Positions 41,101-54,200 of a DNA stretch of 64,000 nucleotides are shown one piece after another. Every line of letters starts with the position of its first letter. The first letter of the stretch is position 1. The notes beneath the pieces are model-generated. The model was not told the DNA's origin. It made no database searches and worked only from the letters and a program-made list of their open reading frames with translations. The DNA lies in contig OZ059894.1 in assembly GCA_964057225.1 (NCBI GenBank), forward strand, positions 3,844,001 to 3,908,000, written 5' to 3'. Made by a program: the position numbers and the translations under genes. Source of the DNA: Auanema rhodensis. Taxonomy: Eukaryota; Animalia; Nematoda.

Positions 41101-44100
41101 CATGGAAACTCAACATACACTAATGCATCATTTTTCAAACGATCATAACTAATTTTTGTATCAAGCGTTTCTCAATGTAGTTTAGTGCATTCGATGCGGA
41201 TTTTTAAGCTGCGTCGATCTGTGTTATCAGATTTGCGCTAGCTTAAAAATGCACCGAGATATCAACTGATATAAGTTCACACTTATATCCTCGATTTTCA
41301 CCCTTAAGGAATGATTTTTTCGTTGAATAACATTGTCCATCATCTTTGCCATGAAAAAAGGAATCTAAAAACATCTACTTTTCGCTAAATTATTTTGAAA
41401 TTTTTCGAAAAAATTTTTGTCAAAATGTTTTTGGAAGCAATGTTGAGTGTACATGGAAACTCAACATACACTAATGCATCATTTTTCAAACGATCATAAC
41501 TAATTTTTGTATCAAGCGTTTCTCAATGTAGTTTAGTGCATTCGATGCGGATTTTTAAGCTGCGTCGATCTGTGTTATCAGATTTGCGCTAGCTTAAAAA
41601 TGCACCGAGATATCAACTGATATAAGTTCACACTTATATCCTCGATTTTCACCCTGAAGGAATAATTTTTTCGTTGAATAACATTGTCCATCGTCTTTGC
41701 CTTGAAAAATGGAATCTAAAAACATCTACTTTTTGCTAAATTATTTTGAAATTTTTCGAAAAAATTTTTGTCAAAATGTTTTTGGAAGCAATGTTGAGTG
41801 TACATGGAAACTCAACATACACTAATGCATCATTTTTCAAACGATCATAACTAATTTTTGTATTGAGCGTTTCTCAATGTAGTATAGTGCATTCGATGCG
41901 GATTTTTAAGCTGCGTCGATCTGTGTTATCAGATGTGCGCTAGCTTAAAAATGCACCGAGATATCAACTGATATAAGTTCACACTTATATCCTCGATTTT
42001 CACCCTGAAGAATTAATTTTTTCGTTGAATAACATTGTCCATCGTCTTTGCCTTGAAAAAAGGAATCTAAAAACATCTACTTTTTGCTAAATTATTTTGA
42101 AATTTTTCGAAAAAATTTTTGTCAAAATGTTTTTGGAAGCAGTGTTGAGTGTACATGGAAACTCAACATACACTAATGCATCATTTTTCAAACGATCATA
42201 ACTAATTTTTGTATCAAGCGTTTCTCAATGTAGTTTAGTGCATTCGATGCGGATTTTTAAGCTGCGTCGATCTGTGTTATCAGATGTGCGCTAGCTTAAA
42301 AATGCACCGAGATATCAACTGATATAAGTTCACACTTATATCCTCGATTTTCACCCTGAAGGAATACTTTTTTCGTTGAATAACATTGTCCATCGTCTTT
42401 GCCATGAAAAAAGGAATCTAAAAACATCTACTTTTCGCTAAATTATTTTGAAATTTTTCGAAAAAATTTTTGTCAAAATGTTTTTGGAAGCAATGTTGAG
42501 TGTACATGGAAACTCAACATACACTAATGCATCATTTTTCAAACGATCATAACTAATTTTTGTATCAAGCGTTTCTCAATGTAGTTTAGTGCATTCGATG
42601 CGGATTTTTAAGCTGCGTCGATCTGTGTTATCAGATTTGCGCTAGCTTAAAAATGCACCGAGATATCAACTGATATAAGTTCACACTTATATCCTCGATT
42701 TTCACCCTGAAGGAATAATTTTTTCGTTGAATAACATTGTCCATCGTCTTTGCCTTGAAAAATGGAATCTAAAAACATCTACTTTTTGCTAAATTATTTT
42801 GAAATTTTTCGAAAAAATTTTTGTCAAAATGTTTTTGGAAGCAATGTTGAGTGTACATGGAAACTCAACATACACTAATGCATCATTTTTCAAACGATCA
42901 TAACTAATTTTTGTATCAAGCGTTTCTCAATGTAGTTTAGTGCATTCGATGCGGATTTTTAAGCTGCGTCGATCTGTGTTATCAGATTTGCGCTAGCTTA
43001 AAAATGCACCGAGATATCAACTGATATAAGTTCACACTTATATCCTCGATTTTCACCCTGAAGGAATAATTTTTTCGTTGAATAACATTGTCCATCGTCT
43101 TTGCCTTGAAAAATGGAATCTAAAAACATCTACTTTTTGCTAAATTATTTTGAAATTTTTCGAAAAAATTTTTGTCAAAATGTTTTTGGAAGCAATGTTG
43201 AGTGTACATGGAAACTCAACATACACTAATGCATCATTTTTCAAACGATCATAACTAATTTTTGTATTGAGCGTTTCTCAATGTAGTATAGTGCATTCGA
43301 TGCGGATTTTTAAGCTGCGTCGATCTGTGTTATCAGATGTGCGCTAGCTTAAAAATGCACCGAGATATCAACTGATATAAGTTCACACTTATATCCTCGA
43401 TTTTCACCCTGAAGAATTAATTTTTTCGTTGAATAACATTGTCCATCGTCTTTGCCTTGAAAAAAGGAATCTAAAAACATCTACTTTTTGCTAAATTATT
43501 TTGAAATTTTTCGAAAAAATTTTTGTCAAAATGTTTTTGGAAGCAGTGTTGAGTGTACATGGAAACTCAACATACACTAATGCATCATTTTTCAAACGAT
43601 CATAACTAATTTTTGTATCAAGCGTTTCTCAATGTAGTATAGTGCATTCGATGCGGATTTTTAAGCTGCGTCGATCTGTGTTATCAGATTTGCGCTAGCT
43701 TAAAAATGCACCAAGATATCAACTGATATAAGTTCACACTTATATCCTCGATTTTCACCCTGAAGAATTAATTTTTTCGTTGAATAACATTGTCCATCGT
43801 CTTTGCCTTGAAAAAAGGAATCTAAAAACATCTACTTTTTGCTAAATTATTTTGAAATTTTTCGAAAAAATTTTTGTCAAAATGTTTTTGGAAGCAATGT
43901 TGAGTGTACATGGAAACTCAACATACACTAATGCATCATTTTTCAAACGATCATAACTAATTTTTGTATTGAGCGTTTCTCAATGTAGTATAGTGCATTC
44001 GATCCGGATTTTTAAGCTGCGTCGATCTGTGTTATCAGATTTGCGCTAGCTTAAAAATGCACCGAGATATCAACTGATATAAGTTCACACTTATATCCTC

Positions 44101-47100
44101 GATTTTCACCCTGAAGGAATAATTTTTTCGTTGAATAACATTGTCCATCATCTTTGCCATGAAAAAAGGAATCTAAAAACATCTACTTTTCGCTAAATTA
44201 TTTTGAAATTTTTCGAAAAAATTTTTGTCAAAATGTTTTTGGAAGCAATGTTGAGTGTACATGGAAACTCAACATACACTAATGCATCATTTTTCAAACG
44301 ATCATAACTAATTTTTGTATCAAGCGTTTCTCAATGTAGTTTAGTGCATTCGATGCGGATTTTTAAGCTGCGTCGATCTGTGTTATCAGATTTGCGCTAG
44401 CTTAAAAATGCACCGAGATATCAACTGATATAAGTTCACACTTATATCCTCGATTTTCACCCTGAAGGAATAATTTTTTCGTTGAATAACATTGTCCATC
44501 GTCTTTGCCTTGAAAAATGGAATCTAAAAACATCTACTTTTTGCTAAATTATTTTGAAATTTTTCGAAAAAATTTTTGTCAAAATGTTTTTGGAAGCAAT
44601 GTTGAGTGTACATGGAAACTCAACATACACTAATGCATCATTTTTCAAACGATCATAACTAATTTTTGTATTGAGCGTTTCTCAATGTAGTATAGTGCAT
44701 TCGATGCGGATTTTTAAGCTGCGTCGATCTGTGTTATCAGATGTGCGCTAGCTTAAAAATGCACCGAGATATCAACTGATATAAGTTCACACTTATATCC
44801 TCGATTTTCACCCTGAAGAATTAATTTTTTCGTTGAATAACATTGTCCATCGTCTTTGCCTTGAAAAAAGGAATCTAAAAACATCTACTTTTTGCTAAAT
44901 TATTTTGAAATTTTTCGAAAAAATTTTTGTCAAAATGTTTTTGGAAGCAGTGTTGAGTGTACATGGAAACTCAACATACACTAATGCATCATTTTTCAAA
45001 CGATCATAACTAATTTTTGTATCAAGCGTTTCTCAATGTAGTTTAGTGCATTCGATGCGGATTTTTAAGCTGCGTCGATCTGTGTTATCAGATGTGCGCT
45101 AGCTTAAAAATGCACCGAGATATCAACTGATATAAGTTCACACTTATATCCTCGATTTTCACCCTGAAGGAATACTTTTTTCGTTGAATAACATTGTCCA
45201 TCGTCTTTGCCATGAAAAAAGGAATCTAAAAACATCTACTTTTCGCTAAATTATTTTGAAATTTTTCGAAAAAATTTTTGTCAAAATGTTTTTGGAAGCA
45301 ATGTTGAGTGTACATGGAAACTCAACATACACTAATGCATCATTTTTCAAACGATCATAACTAATTTTTGTATCAAGCGTTTCTCAATGTAGTTTAGTGC
45401 ATTCGATGCGGATTTTTAAGCTGCGTCGATCTGTGTTATCAGATTTGCGCTAGCTTAAAAATGCACCGAGATATCAACTGATATAAGTTCACACTTATAT
45501 CCTCGATTTTCACCCTGAAGGAATAATTTTTTCGTTGAATAACATTGTCCATCGTCTTTGCCTTGAAAAATGGAATCTAAAAACATCTACTTTTTGCTAA
45601 ATTATTTTGAAATTTTTCGAAAAAATTTTTGTCAAAATGTTTTTGGAAGCAATGTTGAGTGTACATGGAAACTCAACATACACTAATGCATCATTTTTCA
45701 AACGATCATAACTAATTTTTGTATCAAGCGTTTCTCAATGTAGTTTAGTGCATTCGATGCGGATTTTTAAGCTGCGTCGATCTGTGTTATCAGATTTGCG
45801 CTAGCTTAAAAATGCACCGAGATATCAACTGATATAAGTTCACACTTATATCCTCGATTTTCACCCTGAAGGAATAATTTTTTCGTTGAATAACATTGTC
45901 CATCGTCTTTGCCTTGAAAAATGGAATCTAAAAACATCTACTTTTTGCTAAATTATTTTGAAATTTTTCGAAAAAATTTTTGTCAAAATGTTTTTGGAAG
46001 CAATGTTGAGTGTACATGGAAACTCAACATACACTAATGCATCATTTTTCAAACGATCATAACTAATTTTTGTATTGAGCGTTTCTCAATGTAGTATAGT
46101 GCATTCGATGCGGATTTTTAAGCTGCGTCGATCTGTGTTATCAGATTTGCGCTAGCTTAAAAATGCACCGAGATATCAACTGATATAAGTTCACACTTAT
46201 ATCCTCGATTTTCACCCTGAAGAATTAATTTTTTCGTTGAATAACATTGTCCATCGTCTTTGCCTTGAAAAAAGGAATCTAAAAACATCTACTTTTTGCT
46301 AAATTATTTTGAAATTTTTTGAAAAAATTTTTGTCAAAATGTTTTTGGAAGCAATGTTGAGTGTACATGGAAACTCAACATACACTAATGCATCATTTTT
46401 CAAACGATCATAACTAATTTTTGTATCAAGCGTTTCTCAATGTAGTTTAGTGTATTCGATGCGGATTTTTAAGCTGCGTCGATCTGTGTTATCAGATTTG
46501 CGCTAGCTTAAAAATGCACCGAGATATCAACTGATATAAGTTCACACTTATATCCTCGATTTTCACCCTGAAGAATTAATTTTTTCGTTGAATAACATTG
46601 TCCATCGTCTTTGCCTTGAAAAAAGGAATCTAAAAACATCTACTTTTTGCTAAATTATTTTGAAATTTTTTGAAAAAATTTTTGTCAAAATGTTTTTGGA
46701 AGCAATGTTGAGTGTACATGGAAACTCAACATACACTAATGCATCATTTTTCAAACGATCATAACTAATTTTTGTATTGAGCGTTTCTCAATGTAGTATA
46801 GTGCATTCGATGCGGATTTTTAAGCTGCGTCGATCTGTGTTATCAGATGTGCGCTAGCTTAAAAATGCACCGAGATATCAACTGATATAAGTTCACACTT
46901 ATATCCTCGATTTTCACCCTGAAGGAATAATTTTTTCGTTGAATAACATTGTCCATCGTCTTTGCCATGAAAAAAGGAATCTAAAAACATCTACTTTTCG
47001 CTAAATTATTTTGAAATTTTTCGAAAAAATTTTTGTCAAAATGTTTTTGGAAGCAATGTTGAGTGTACATGGAAACTCAACATACACTAATGCATCATTT

Positions 47101-50100
47101 TTCAAACGATCATAACTAATTTTTGTATCAAGCGTTTCTCAATGTAGTTTAGTGCATTCGATGCGGATTTTTAAGCTGCGTCGATCTGTGTTATCAGATT
47201 TGCGCTAGCTTAAAAATGCACCGAGATATCAACTGATATAAGTTCACACTTATATCCTCGATTTTCACCCTGAAGAATTAATTTTTTCGTTGAATAACAT
47301 TGTCCATCGTCTTTGCCTTGAAAAAAGGAATCTAAAAACATCTACTTTTTGCTAAATTATTTTGAAATTTTTTGAAAAAATTTTTGTCAAAATGTTTTTG
47401 GAAGCAATGTTGAGTGTACATGGAAACTCAACATACACTAATGCATCATTTTTCAAACGATCATAACTAATTTTTGTATCAAGCGTTTCTCAATGTAGTT
47501 TAGTGTATTCGATGCGGATTTTTAAGCTGCGTCGATCTGTGTTATCAGATTTGCGCTAGCTTAAAAATGCACCGAGATATCAACTGATATAAGTTCACAC
47601 TTATATCCTCGATTTTCACCCTGAAGAATTAATTTTTTCGTTGAATAACATTGTCCATCGTCTTTGCCTTGAAAAAAGGAATCTAAAAACATCTACTTTT
47701 TGCTAAATTATTTTGAAATTTTTTGAAAAAATTTTTGTCAAAATGTTTTTGGAAGCAATGTTGAGTGTACATGGAAACTCAACATACACTAATGCATCAT
47801 TTTTCAAACGATCATAACTAATTTTTGTATTGAGCGTTTCTCAATGTAGTATAGTGCATTCGATGCGGATTTTTAAGCTGCGTCGATCTGTGTTATCAGA
47901 TGTGCGCTAGCTTAAAAATGCACCGAGATATCAACTGATATAAGTTCACACTTATATCCTCGATTTTCACCCTGAAGGAATAATTTTTTCGTTGAATAAC
48001 ATTGTCCATCGTCTTTGCCATGAAAAAAGGAATCTAAAAACATCTACTTTTCGCTAAATTATTTTGAAATTTTTCGAAAAAATTTTTGTCAAAATGTTTT
48101 TGGAAGCAATGTTGAGTGTACATGGAAACTCAACATACACTAATGCATCATTTTTCAAACGATCATAACTAATTTTTGTATCAAGCGTTTCTCAATGTAG
48201 TTTAGTGCATTCGATGCGGATTTTTAAGCTGCGTCGATCTGTGTTATCAGATTTGCGCTAGCTTAAAAATGCACCGAGATATCAACTGATATAAGTTCAC
48301 ACTTATATCCTCGATTTTCACCCTGAAGGAATGATTTTTTCGTTGAATAACATTGTCCATCGTCTTTGCCTTGAAAAATGGAATCTAAAAACATCTACTT
48401 TTTGCTAAATTATTTTGAAATTTTTCGAAAAAATTTTTGTCAAAATGTTTTTGGAAGCAATGTTGAGTGTACATGGAAACTCAACATACACTAATGCATC
48501 ATTTTTCAAACGATCATAACTAATTTTTGTATCAAGCGTTTCTCAATGTAGTTTAGTGCATTCGATGCGGATTTTTAAGCTGCGTCGATCTGTGTTATCA
48601 GATTTGCGCTAGCTTAAAAATGCACCGAGATATCAACTGATATAAGTTCACACTTATATCCTCGATTTTCACCCTGAAGGAATGATTTTTTCGTTGAATA
48701 ACATTGTCCATCGTCTTTGCCATGAAAAAAGGAATCTAAAAACATCTACTTTTTGCTAAATTATTTTGAAATTTTTCGAAAAAATTTTTGTCAAAATGTT
48801 TTTGGAAGCAATGTTGAGTGTACATGGAAACTCAACATACACTAATGCATCATTTTTCAAACGATCATAATTAATTTTTGTATTAAGCGTTTCTCAATGT
48901 AGTGTAGTGCATTCGATGCGGATTTTTAAGCTGCGTCGATCTGTGTTATCAGATTTGCGCTAACTTAAAAATGCACCGAGATATCAACTGATATAAGTTC
49001 ACACTTATATCCTCGATTTTCACCCTGAAGGAATAATTTTTTCGTTGAATAACATTGTCCATTGTCTTTGCCTTGAAAAATGGAATCTAAAAACATCTAC
49101 TTTTTGCTAAATTATTTTAAAATTTTTCGAAAAAATTTTTGTCAAAATGTTTTTGGAAGCAATGTTGAGTGTACATGGAAACTCAACATACACTAATGCA
49201 TCATTTTTCAAACGATCATAACTAATTTTTGTATCAAGCGTTTCTCAATGTAGTTTAGTGCATTCGATGCGGATTTTTAAGCTGCGTCGATCTGTGTTAT
49301 CAGATGTGCGCTAGCTTAAAAATGCACCGAGATATCAACTGATATAAGTTCACACTTATATCCTCGATTTTCACCCTGAAGGAATGATTTTTTCGTTGAA
49401 TAACATTGTCCATCGTCTTTGCCATGAAAAAAGAAATCTAAAAACATCTACTTTTTGCTAAATTATTTTGAAATTTTTCGAAAAAATTTTTGTCAAAATG
49501 TTTTTGGAAGCATTGTTGAGTGTACATGGAAACTCAACATACACTAATGCATCATTTTTCAAACGATCATAACTAATTTTTGTATCAAGCGTTTCTCAAT
49601 GTAGTTTAGTGCATTCGATGCGGATTTTTAAGCTGCGTCGATCTGTGTTATCAGATTTGCGCTAGCTTAAAAATGCACCGAGATATCAACTGATATAAGT
49701 TCACACTTATATCCTCGATTTTCACCCTTAAGGAATGATTTTTTCGTTGAATAACATTGTCCATCATCTTTGCCATGAAAAAAGGAATCTAAAAACATCT
49801 ACTTTTCGCTAAATTATTTTGAAATTTTTCGAAAAAATTTTTGTCAAAATGTTTTTGGAAGCAATGTTGAGTGTACATGGAAACTCAACATACACTAATG
49901 CATCATTTTTCAAACGATCATAACTAATTTTTGTATCAAGCGTTTCTCAATGTAGTTTAGTGCATTCGATGCGGATTTTTAAGCTGCGTCGATCTGTGTT
50001 ATCAGATTTGCGCTAGCTTAAAAATGCACCGAGATATCAACTGATATAAGTTCACACTTATATCCTCGATTTTCACCCTGAAGGAATAATTTTTTCGTTG

Positions 50101-51241
50101 AATAACATTGTCCATCGTCTTTGCCTTGAAAAATGGAATCTAAAAACATCTACTTTTTGCTAAATTATTTTGAAATTTTTCGAAAAAATTTTTGTCAAAA
50201 TGTTTTTGGAAGCAATGTTGAGTGTACATGGAAACTCAACATACACTAATGCATCATTTTTCAAACGATCATAACTAATTTTTGTATTGAGCGTTTCTCA
50301 ATGTAGTATAGTGCATTCGATGCGGATTTTTAAGCTGCGTCGATCTGTGTTATCAGATTTGCGCTAGCTTAAAAATGCACCGAGATATCAACTGATATAA
50401 GTTCACACTTATATCCTCGATTTTCACCCTGAAGAATTAATTTTTTCGTTGAATAACATTGTCCATCGTCTTTGCCTTGAAAAAAGGAATCTAAAAACAT
50501 CTACTTTTTGCTAAATTATTTTGAAATTTTTCGAAAAAATTTTTGTCAAAATGTTTTTGGAAGCAGTGTTGAGTGTACATGGAAACTCAACATACACTAA
50601 TGCATCATTTTTCAAACGATCATAACTAATTTTTGTATTAAGCGTTTCTCAATGTAGTATAGTGCATTCGATGCGGATTTTTAAGCTGCGTCGATCTGTG
50701 TTATCAGATGTGCGCTAGCTTAAAAATGCACCGAGATATCAACTGATATAAGTTCACACTTATATCCTCGATTTTCACCCTGAAGGAATACTTTTTTCGT
50801 TGAATAACATTGTCCATCGTCTTTGCCATGAAAAAAGGAATCTAAAAACATCTACTTTTCGCTAAATTATTTTGAAATTTTTCGAAAAAATTTTTGTCAA
50901 AATGTTTTTGGAAGCAATGTTGAGTGTACATGGAAACTCAACATACACTAATGCATCATTTTTCAAACGATCATAACTAATTTTTGTATCAAGCGTTTCT
51001 CAATGTAGTTTAGTGCATTCGATGCGGATTTTTAAGCTGCGTCGATCTGTGTTATCAGATGTGCGCTAGCTTAAAAATGCACCGAGATATCAACTGATAT
51101 AAGTTCACACTTATATCCTCGATTTTCACCCTGAAGGAATAATTTTTTCGTTGAATAACATTGTCCATCGTCTTTGCCTTGAAAAATGGAATCTAAAAAC
51201 ATCTACTTTTTGCTAAATTATTTTGAAATTTTTCGAAAAAA
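38200..51241. repeat. Duplication with 24-monomer (8424-bp) offset containing an internal 8-monomer (2808-bp) duplication
   Basis: CATAATTAA at 40447/48871 and CCATTGTC at 40639/49063 (+8424). GAATACTTT at 42367/45175/50791 and CCATCATC at 41342/44150/49766 (+2808 and +8424). Outer limits are approximate. Confidence 0.82.
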
Positions 51242-54200
51242 TTTTTGTCAAAATGTTTTTGGAAGCAATGTTGAGTGTACATGGAAACTCAACATACACT
51301 AATGCATCATTTTTCAAACGATCATAACTAATTTTTGTATTAAGCGTTCTTCAATGTAGTATAGTGCATTCGATGCGGATTTTTAAGCTGCGTCGATCTG
51401 TGTTATCAGATTTGCGCTAGCTTAAAAATGCACCGAGATATCAACTGATATAAGTTCACACTTATATCCTCGATTTTCACCCTGAAGAATTAATTTTTTC
51501 GTTGAATAACATTGTCCATCGTCTTTGCCTTGAAAAATGGAATCTAAAAACATCTACTTTTTGCTAAATTATTTTGAAATTTTTCGAAAAAATTTTTGTC
51601 AAAATGTTTTTGGAAGCAATGTTGAGTGTACATGGAAACTCAACATACACTAATGCATCATTTTTCAAACGATCATAACTAATTTTTGTATTGAGCGTTT
51701 CTCAATGTAGTATAGTGCATTCGATCCGGATTTTCAAGTTGCGTCGATCTGTGTTATCAGATTTGCGCTAGCTTAAAAATGCACCGAGATATCAACTGAT
51801 ATAAGTTCACACTTATATCCTCGATTTTCACCCTGAAGGAATAATTTTTTCGTTGAATAACATTGTCCATCGTCTTTGCCTTGAAAAATGGAATCTAAAA
51901 ACATCTACTTTTTGCTAAATTATTTTGAAATTTTTCGAAAAAATTTTTGTCAAAATGTTTTTGGAAGCAATGTTGAGTGTACATGGAAACTCAACATACA
52001 CTAATGCATCATTTTTCAAACGATCATAACTAATTTTTGTATCAAGCGTTTCTCAATGTAGTTTAGTGCATTCGATGCGGATTTTTAAGCTGCGTCGATC
52101 TGTGTTATCAGATTTGCGCTAGCTTAAAAATGCACCGAGATATCAACTGATATAAATTCACACTTATATCCTCGATTTTCACCCTGAAGAATTAATTTTT
52201 TCGTTGAATAACATTGTCCATCGTCTTTGCCATAAAAAAAGGAATCTAAAAACATCTACTTTTTGCTAAATTATTTTGAAATTTTTCGAAAAAATTTTTG
52301 TCAAAATGTTTTTGGAAGCATTGTTGAGTGTACATGGAAACTCAACATACACTAATGCATCATTTTTCAAACGATCATAACTAATTTTTGTATTAAGCGT
52401 TTCTCAATGTAGTATAGTGCATTCGATGCGGATTTTTAAGCTGCGTCGATCTGTGTTATCAGATTTGCGCTAGCTTAAAAATGCACCGAGATATCAACTG
52501 ATATAAGTTCACACTTATATCCTCGATTTTCACCCTGAAGGAATAATTTTTTTTGTTGAATAACATTGTCCATCGTCTTTGCCTTGAAAAATGGAATCTA
52601 AAAACATCTACTTTTTGCTAAATTATTTTGAAATTTTTCGAAAAAATTTTTGTCAAAATGTTTTTGGAAGCAATGTTGAGTGTACATGGAAACTCAACAT
52701 ACACTAATGCATCATTTTTCAAACGATCATAACTAATTTTTGTATCAAGCGTTTCTCAATGTAGTTTAGTGCATTCGATGCGGATTTTTAAGCTGCGTCG
52801 ATCTGTGTTATCAGATGTGCGCTAGCTTAAAAATGCACCGAGATATCAACTGATATAAGTTCACACTTATATCCTCGATTTTCATTCTGAAGGAATAATT
52901 TTTTCGTTGAATAACATTGTCCATCGTCTTTGCCTTGAAAAATGAAATCTAAAAACATCTACTTTTTGCTAAATTATTTTGAAATTTTTCGAAAAAATTT
53001 TTGTCAAAATGTTTTTGGAAGCAATGTTGAGTGTACATGGAAACTCAACATACACTAATGCATCATTTTTCAAACGATCATAACTAATTTTTGTATTAAG
53101 CGTTCTTCAATGTAGTATAGTGCATTCGATGCGGATTTTTAAGCTGCGTCGATCTGTGTTATCAGATTTGCGCTAGCTTAAAAATGCACCGAGATATCAA
53201 CTGATATAAGTTCACACTTATATCCTCGATTTTCACCCTGAAGGAATAATTTTTTCGTTGAATAACATTGTCCATCGTCTTTGCCTTGAAAAATGGAATC
53301 TAAAAACATCTACTTTTTGCTAAATTATTTTGAAATTTTTCGAAAAAATTTTTGTCAAAATGTTTTTGGAAGCAATGTTGAGTGTACATGGAAACTCAAC
53401 ATACACTAATGCATCATTTTTCAAACGATCATAACTAATTTTTGTATCAAGCGTTTCTCAATGTAGTTTAGTGCATTCGATGCGGATTTTTAAGCTGCGT
53501 CGATCTGTGTTATCAGATTTGCGCTAGCTTAAAAATGCACCGAGATATCAACTGATATAAGTTCACACTTATATCCTCGATTTTCACCCTGAAGAATTAA
53601 TTTTTTCGTTGAATAACATTGTCCATCGTCTTTGCCATGAAAAAAGGAATCTAAAAACATCTACTTTTTGCTAAATTATTTTGAAATTTTTCGAAAAAAT
53701 TTTTGTCAAAATGTTTTTGGAAGCATTGTTGAGTGTACATGGAAACTCAACATACACTAATGCATCATTTTTCAAACGATTATAACTAATTTTTGTATTA
53801 AGCGTTTCTCAATGTAGTATAGTGCATTCGATGCGGATTTTTAAGCTGCGTCGATCTGTGTTATCAGATTTGCGCTAGCTTAAAAATGCACCGAGATATC
53901 AACTGATATAAGTTCACACTTATATCCTCGATTTTCACCCTGAAGGAATAATTTTTTCGTTGAATAACATTGTCCATCGTCTTTGCCATGAAAAAAGGAA
54001 TCTAAAAACATCTACTTTTCGCTAAATTATTTTGAAATTTTTCGAAAAAATTTTTGTCAAAATGTTTTTGGAAGCAATGTTGAGTGTACATGGAAACTCA
54101 ACATACACTAATGCATCATTTTTCAAACGATCATAACTAATTTTTGTATCAAGCGTTTCTCAATGTAGTATAGTGCATTCGATGCGGATTTTTAAGCTGC

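Larger units (their letters stand above)
26672..51241. repeat. Satellite variant domain 3 (boundaries approximate)
   Basis: New alleles appear here: TTTTCGCTAA (first ~28746), TTTTTTGAAAAAA (28068-47724), AAAATTGG, GTGTATTC and GAATACTTT. GCAGTG is frequent. Confidence 0.7.
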
